From assembly GCA_964016885.1 (NCBI GenBank), contig CAXHJY010001274.1, positions 90,941 through 154,940 on the forward strand: a stretch of 64,000 nt of DNA. Reading direction: 5' to 3'. The stretch is from Eledone cirrhosa (Eukaryota). Numbering within the stretch: position 1 is the stretch's first letter; each line of letters begins with the position of its first letter. Below, one piece after another: positions 56,186 through 64,000 of the stretch. Both the position numbers and the translations under genes were made by a program. A model generated the notes under the pieces. That model saw nothing but the letters and a program-made list of their open reading frames with translations, was not told where the DNA came from and made no database searches.

Positions 56186-56221
<36 letters not shown>

Positions 56222-56513
56222 ACACAGACAAACCGGTTTTTAGAGTCATACTGGTTTTTGAGGAAACACCTTTCCTCTATTCTCCAGAAAGCCAGACAAG
56301 GAATATTGAACTAGTTTCGTTGTTGTTACAACTCATCAGCAATATTTACCTATCTTCCGGCCTCTCTAGAGAATCGTAAAAGCACATATCGTTATATGCT
56401 TTTTCTATGAAAATTAGTAGTGGGCAGACTAATTTGCATAGAGTGTGAGTAAGTACCGGTTCAACGGAGACGATAAAAACAAATAACGAAACGAAATTAA
56501 ATTTCGTTTCGTT

Positions 56514-56552
<39 letters not shown>

Positions 56553-56827
56553 CGTATTATCTTCGTTTTTTTCCGTTAATTGCCAGAGAACGTCTCTGTG
56601 AACCACCTAAGTGAACATTAGTCTACGACTTCTTTTATACCATAAACGTGGTTCTATCTTTGCGCGTAATTGTTTTTCACCGCTCCTATTAATGACGTAT
56701 TATATTCGTTTTTTCCCGTTCTTTGCCAGGGAACGTTTCCACGAACCAAAGTATCGTCTTCCTGTCTTCCTCCGGTTGCAACGTTTTTTTAAATATCCAC
56801 TTCTGCGTTTACAGATTGACTTTGTTA

Positions 56828-56876
56828 GTTTCAGAAGATCCCGTTAAGGGTGAAAGCAGCGATTCTTTGCTTAAAC
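56828..56876 (+). ncRNA. Degenerate hammerhead motif (CAGAAGA core)
   Basis: gttt CAGAAGA tcccgttaagggt GAAA gca gcgattctt tgc TT aaac. Confidence 0.5.
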
Positions 56877-57008
56877 TTTAATCTGTTATTTTAATAAATA
56901 TTTGCTCTACGGTTCTTATATATTTGATATATATTTATCCTTATCGAGCCCTCTTTGGATTTTAGTCTTCAAATTTATTATTATTACTATATATATATAT
57001 ATATATAA

Positions 57009-57782
<774 letters not shown>

Positions 57783-57926
57783 AACATGCGTGTGGATATG
57801 TATTTATATGTATGTATATATGTATATATGTATATATATATATGTGTGTGTATGTAAATATGTGTATGTATATATATATATATATACATACATATATACA
57901 TGCGTGTGAATATGTATTTATATGTG

Positions 57927-57963
<37 letters not shown>

Positions 57964-58079
57964 AAATATATGGGTGTATATATATATGTGTGTGTGTATA
58001 TATATATATCAGTGTGTGTGTATCGGTGTATATTTGTGTTTGTATGTGAAATAAATTCAGCGAGAATCGCATTTCGGCG

Positions 58080-58157
<78 letters not shown>

Positions 58158-58629
58158 CGCCGAAATGCGATATATATATATATCAATGGAGAAACGAAAT
58201 TTCATTTCTCACTCTTAGTACGGCACTTACTTAAATGTAAGTATGTATATATGTATGTATACGTACATACATACGTATGTACGGCGTAATTCGGGCTGTT
58301 TATTTGTTTACAAACAAACAAACCGAGCATTATAATAAATGTTCGGTAAACCGATACGTGCATATATGTGTGGATGTATGTATATATATATACATACTAC
58401 TGTACGTCTGTATACATATACGTATGTACGTATACATACATACATACATTTAAGTAAGTGCCGTACAAAGAGTGAGAAATGAAATTTCGTTTCATTCTAT
58501 TCCATTTATCGTTTTCGGTGTGCCCGGCCGACTGAACTCACTCGATATGCAAATTAGGCTGCTCAGCCGTTAATATGCATAAGGAAAGTATATACTTTCA
58601 GACGTTCAACCATCTGGCAGGAAGGTATA

Positions 58630-58670
58630 CGATGCTGACGATAGCTAATAAGCTTGAAACTAGTACATCG
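58630..58670 (+). ncRNA. Minimal type I hammerhead ribozyme
   Basis: cgatg CTGACGA tagc taataa gctt GAAA ctag TA catcg. Confidence 0.88.
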
Positions 58671-58869
58671 TTCCTGTGTCAGTGTTGAACAAAAAGGTGA
58701 CGTTTTTGCCTAAACACTGTACGGCGTAATTCGGGCTGTTTGTTTGTCTACAAACAAACAAACCGAGTATTATAATAAATGTTCGGTAAACTGATACGTG
58801 CATATATATATATATGTGTGTGTGCATGTATGTATGTATATACGTCTGTATACATATATGTATGTACGT

Positions 58870-58986
<117 letters not shown>

Positions 58987-59070
58987 AAAGTTCTATTTAA
59001 AGTTGTTGGGATACAACAAGTAAATATTTTTATAACTGATATAAAGCACTCGACAAGTTTGTGGAGTAGA

Positions 59071-59346
59071 TATACGATATTAATAAATGGAAACTATATT
59101 TATAAAACCATATTTATTTCATTATACATATTTCAGGGGTATCACATTAAATTATGGTATGCCTTCATCAGACAAAATACAATATATAACAGTATATATA
59201 CAATATATACGTCAAAGCTATTTGTAAAACTGTTATATATTGTATTTTGTCTGATGAAGGCATACCATAATTTAATGTGGTACCCCTGAAATATGTATAA
59301 TGAAATAAATATGGTTTTATAAATATAGTTTCCATTTATTAATATC

Positions 59347-59351
<5 letters not shown>
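59071..59351. repeat. Inverted repeat (~123-bp arms) with HHRs on both strands (minus 59118-59176, plus 59246-59304)
   Basis: tttgt CTGATGA aggcataccata..tgtggtacccct GAAA tatgta TA atgaa and its reverse complement. Confidence 0.88.
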
Positions 59352-59413
<62 letters not shown>

Positions 59414-59603
59414 TGTGTGTATGTGTGTGTGTGAATGTTTATATGAGTATATGTATAAAAAGTGTATGGATGAATGTATGGATGAGATTTGAAAGGAGAA
59501 ATTAAGCTAAACGGATTTCAGGTTTGTGATATTTAGAAGGCATTGAAATGTAAGCTGTTCAAAGTCAGCAATGGTGCTAACCATATCTATACAATAAATA
59601 TAG

Positions 59604-60800
59604 TTGGTGGTGGTGGTGTTGGTGTTGGTGGTGTGGTGGTGGTGGTGGTGTTGGTGGTGTGGTGGGTGGTGTGGTGGTGGTGGTGTGGTGTGTTGGTGTT
59701 GGTGGTGTTGGTGGTGGTGGTGGTGGTGGTGGTGGTGGTGGTGGTGGTGGTGGTGGTGTTGGTGTTGGTGGTGGTGGTGGTGTTGGTGGTGTTGGTGGTG
59801 GTGGTGTTGGTGGTGGTGGTGTTGTGGTGGTGTTGGTGGTGGTGGTGGTGTTGGTGGTGTTGGTGGTGGTGGTGTTGGTGGTGGTGGTGTTGGTGGTGGT
59901 GGTGTTGGTGGTGTTGGTGTTGGTGTTAGTTGTGTTGGTGGTGGTGTTGGTGTTGGTAGTTTTGGTGGTGGTTGTGGTGGTGGTGTTGGTGGTGGTGTTG
60001 GTGGTGTTGGTGGTGGTGGTGGTGGTGTTGGTGGTGGTGGTGTTGGTGGTGTTGGTGGTGTTGGTGTTGGTGTTAGTTGTGTTGGTGGTGGTGGTGGTGG
60101 TGGTGGTGTTGGTGGTGTTGGTGTTGGTGTTGTTGTTGGTGGTGGTGGTGGTGGTGGTGGTGGTGGTGGTGGTGTTGGTGGTGGTGGTGGTGGTGGTTTG
60201 GTGGTGGTGGTGGTGTTGGTGGTGGTGGTGTTTGTGGTGGTGTTAGTGGTGGTGGTGGGTGGTGGTGGTTGGTGGTGGTGGTAGCAGTGGTGGTGGTTGT
60301 GGTGGTGGTAGTAACTTAGTTTGTAGCTGATGGTGGAAGGATGATGGCGGTTGTAGAAACGACGCTATTGGTGCAATAATGGGAAACTGATATTGGTGGT
60401 GTGTGGTGGTGGTGGTGGTGGTGGTGGTGGTGGTGGTGGTGGAGGTGGTGGTGGTGGTGGTGGTGGGATGGAGGGTAATAAAGACTAGATTTAGAAAAGC
60501 CATAGGTGTAACAACGGGTATAAATCTTGGTGATGTTAATGTGATAATGTGGTCATAGTAGTGGTGGTGGTGGTAGCTGTGATGGTGGTGGTGGTCAGCG
60601 TCGTGGTTGTGATATTTACTGTTCATTAGCACAGTCGTTGTCGTCACCATGGTGGTGGTGGTGGTGGTGGTGGTGGTGGTGGTGGTGGTGGTGGTGGTGG
60701 TGGTGGTGGTGGTGGTGGTGGTGGTGGTGGTGGTGATGGTGGTGGGTCGGTGGTGGTGGTGTTGGTGGTGGTGGTGGTGGGTTGTGGTGTTGTTAGTTGT
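59604..60800. repeat. (GGT)n/(GTT)n trinucleotide low-complexity tracts
   Basis: Direct reading. Confidence 0.95.
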
Positions 60801-61538
60801 GGTGGAAGGGGCGGTGAGTAGTGGTGTACGAGATGGGTTTGAAGAGATATATGGTTGGGTGAGAGAACAAATAGCAGTGTAGTAGAATTGAAGAATAAGA
60901 AATGAGAAAGAGTAAGTTAAGTGAGTAAGTAGATTAAGACGTGGTGGTAGTGTGAAGAGAATGGAATTTGATGTGAAAAAGCACTATTGAAACTAAGAAT
61001 ATTAAGAAATAAGACCTGCAGTGGATCTAGATTCGATGAAAGATTTTAACAGAAAGAAGATTTACAGTAGCAAAGGTCGAAATAAGAAGCAGAATAAGAA
61101 AATCAACTTAGTTTACAATGTTCTTTCAATACAACGACTAAAAACTACATTATAAGGAGAGAGTAGTCTGCTAAGTAACTAAAAACCGTTTTATTCACCG
61201 GCTAAACGAGTCTTTTCTTGCAGTGATATTCCATTTTGTGAGATAAAGTAACTTCATTTGGAACACATATAGTTGAAAATTAGAGGTTTCGCGAAAGATT
61301 CTATTATCTGGAAACATTATTTTCGTTTTCAGTATTTTATTTTATTTTATTTTATTTTCTACTATTTTGTTTTATTGGTATTTTTATGTTTTTATCGTGA
61401 GACTTGATGGTTGAGTTTTAAAAAACTTAAGTCGATGATGGTTTGGTTGATTAGATAAAGTATCGAACTTTCATCACACGAATCTGGAGTTTGTTGCATT
61501 ACCATTTAGCTTTTGTCTAGTTTAACACACGTACGCCA

Positions 61539-61600
<62 letters not shown>

Positions 61601-61601
<1 letters not shown>

Positions 61602-61734
61602 CGTTATTCCGGATTGAATCGGAGGTAATCACAGTAAGTAAGGTACTCAATACATAGCATAGTATAAAAGTTTTAATATAGATGAGATACTACAGGACTA
61701 GAACTGTTTCATTCTTTAGAAATCATCAGGAATC

Positions 61735-61786
<52 letters not shown>

Positions 61787-61970
61787 GTTATTCCGGGTTG
61801 AATCGGAGGTAACCACAGTTAGTAAGGTACTCAATACATTGCAGAGTATAAAAGTTTTTAATATAGATGAGATTCTACAGGACTAGAACTGTTTCATTCT
61901 TTAGAAATCATCAGGGATGATTTCTAAAGAATGAAACAGTTCTAGTCCTGTAGAATCTCATCTATATTAA

Positions 61971-61974
<4 letters not shown>
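61601..61974 (-). mobile_element. Two tandem ~130-bp HHR-bearing mini-elements plus a fold-back, in (TA)n (HHRs 61686-61734 and 61871-61915)
   Basis: Minus: gattc CTGATGA tttctaaagaat GAAA cag ttctagtc ctg TA g(t/a)atc. Confidence 0.82.
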
Positions 61975-62042
<68 letters not shown>

Positions 62043-62152
62043 TGGGTATGGGTGAGTAGTAAAGGAGTTCGTTTCTCAATCACGTAGGCAATGACTTGTA
62101 CTATGCCTTTCGGCTAACCAATACCTTGAGTGAAATTTGGTAGATGAAAACA

Positions 62153-62245
<93 letters not shown>

Positions 62246-62447
62246 GTAAAATAGTGTTTTGCATTGATATCATTGTTTATATGTAGATGAGGTGACGAAA
62301 TAGCAAAATCCTTAGTTCGGTGAATTAAAATTTCCTCTGTATTGTTTTATGGTTCTTTGCGTTTTAAAATATCAATTTCACCTGTGATCATCTGGGGGTC
62401 GATCAATAAAGTACCAGTGCAGCTCTGAGTTAATCCGGTTAATCCGC

Positions 62448-62501
<54 letters not shown>

Positions 62502-63000
62502 ATTTCTATCTCTGAAACAATTCGTCTGTATCCAACCCTTGAGATGTGTTCCGCCGTATGTTTGGACAGCAGCCCTACTACCCATTCAAGAGAGAGAGAG
62601 AAAGAGTGTGTGTGTGAGAGAGAGAGGAGAAAGAGAGAGAGAGAGAGAAGGGGGGGGGGGGTATAAAAAAGAAAGAGAAATAGAAATGGAAACTCCAGAT
62701 GCCCATGGTTCCTGGTTTGGGGATAAACGATGGAAAACCTCACCATAGGGTTTACACTCCAATGGATTGTGATTTGTGTATTTATTATATCTTATATTAG
62801 AGGAAAGCTAAATCTTGAGTTATATTAAACATAAATTTAACAGGCTTATCAGTAGTTTAAGTTAACGATTATTTAGTATCAGAATGTAAATGGGTGGTAG
62901 TAGCAGCTGTTCATTTCCCACAAATAAAATTGAACGGAAGATTTATCTGTAGGTTCTTAAAGTAACTTTCTTGAATCACCTGAATGCATATCCTTTTAAA

Positions 63001-63063
<63 letters not shown>

Positions 63064-63066
<3 letters not shown>

Positions 63067-63376
63067 TCATCATCATCATCATTTTACGTCCGCTTTTCCC
63101 CTGCTTGCAAGGGTAGGACAGGAACTGATTCTGGCTGGATTTCTACAGCTGGATGCCCTTCCTAACACCAACCTCATTTAGAGTGAGTGCTGGGTGCTTT
63201 TTTGCCGTGGCACCTCCACGACCACCTTGCAGTGGAATGATATGGACCCCAGTCCCTATCATCTCATTTCTAAAGCTGAGTAAACAGGAGCAACGTGAAA
63301 TAAAGTGTCTTGCTCAAGGAAACAACACATCACCCGGTCTGAGAATTGAACTCACAACCTTTCGATTGCAAGGCCA
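63064..63376 (-). mobile_element. SINE family 1 copy, 5'-truncated by (TA)n
   Basis: Matches 51772-52180. Confidence 0.8.
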
Positions 63377-63551
63377 ATATATATATATATATATATTTAG
63401 GAAGTTATAGTTCACTTGAAGCATTGTGTAATGGGGTATAAACGTTTGAATTTGTAAAGCCAAACAATGCAGGTATGGACATAGAATAAAAAATGCGAAT
63501 GCAAAAGATATTGTTGACAATTAGTCTTTTACCTTAGATTTATTTAAATGT

Positions 63552-63586
63552 CCTTAATTTTCGAGATAATATCTCTTCTTCGGAGG
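63552..63586 (-). ncRNA. Degenerate minimal hammerhead motif (CCGAAGA core)
   Basis: Minus: cct CCGAAGA agagatattatctc GAAA at TA agg, AATAAA downstream. Confidence 0.4.
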
Positions 63587-64000
63587 GAAGTAAAGCGGTT
63601 AAACTAGTGTTCTAAATAGCTTGCCCAAGTCATGTTGACAGGAAATGGTATTGAGTATCTGTTCTATCTCTAATGTCAAAGAGTTAAGTTTAGGTGGATA
63701 AAGAGTAGTCTCCCTTTAAAAGGGTTTTTTTGTACATGTCTGTTTAAGTGTGTGGGAAGATGCGTGAATGTGTAAGTATGTGTGTGTGTGTGAGTGTGAG
63801 AAGATATGTCTTAACGTAAATGTGGGGGATAGATGATCTCTCGTGTTAGATCTGGTCTTTGTGTGTGTATGTGTGTGTGTGAGAGAGAATAAGTGGAGGT
63901 GTAAGCGCGTGTGTGTGGGGGGGGGGGGGGGGTATGTGTGTGCGTGCATGTGTGTGTGTGTGTGCGGGGGTGTAAGTATGGGTCTAGAAGCTCTATCAAG

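Larger units (their letters stand above)
52440..56188 (-). mobile_element. Penelope-like element (Naiad-like) with 3' pLTR (52440-~52817), 5' pLTR (55466-55727) and inverted pLTR (55728-56188), (TA)n both sides
   Basis: Direct and inverted terminal repeats visible around an RT + GIY-YIG ORF. Confidence 0.92.

Noticed and set aside
59543-60882. Gly/Val/Trp-rich and His-rich ORFs
   Set aside because: (GGT)n trinucleotide repeat artefacts

Overview
Repeat-saturated, AT-rich animal genomic DNA with no recognisable host exon; the microsatellite load and SINE types suggest a cephalopod (Octopus-like), which is inference only. Main contents: (1) two full-length Tx1/L1-clade non-LTR retrotransposons, one near-intact and one decayed, each embedded in a (GATA)n tract; (2) a near-complete Penelope-like element (RT + GIY-YIG, Naiad-like) with direct and inverted pseudo-LTRs, inserted in (TA)n; (3) about 27 type-I hammerhead ribozyme (HHR) motifs, read by eye, mostly in short (TA)n-flanked, often fold-back elements; (4) a ~6.1-copy array of apparently identical 615-bp non-coding units, each carrying an HHR with a compensatory U3-A8 core, i.e. 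a retrozyme-like candidate circRNA template, with the same rare core in the Penelope pLTRs; (5) a 46-bp minisatellite built from a hAT MITE insertion junction; (6) R4/Dong, CRE and RTE-like LINE relics, tRNA-derived SINEs, hAT MITEs and many simple repeats. Most ORFs in the supplied track are microsatellite artefacts. Coordinates were counted by hand and may be off by a few bases.
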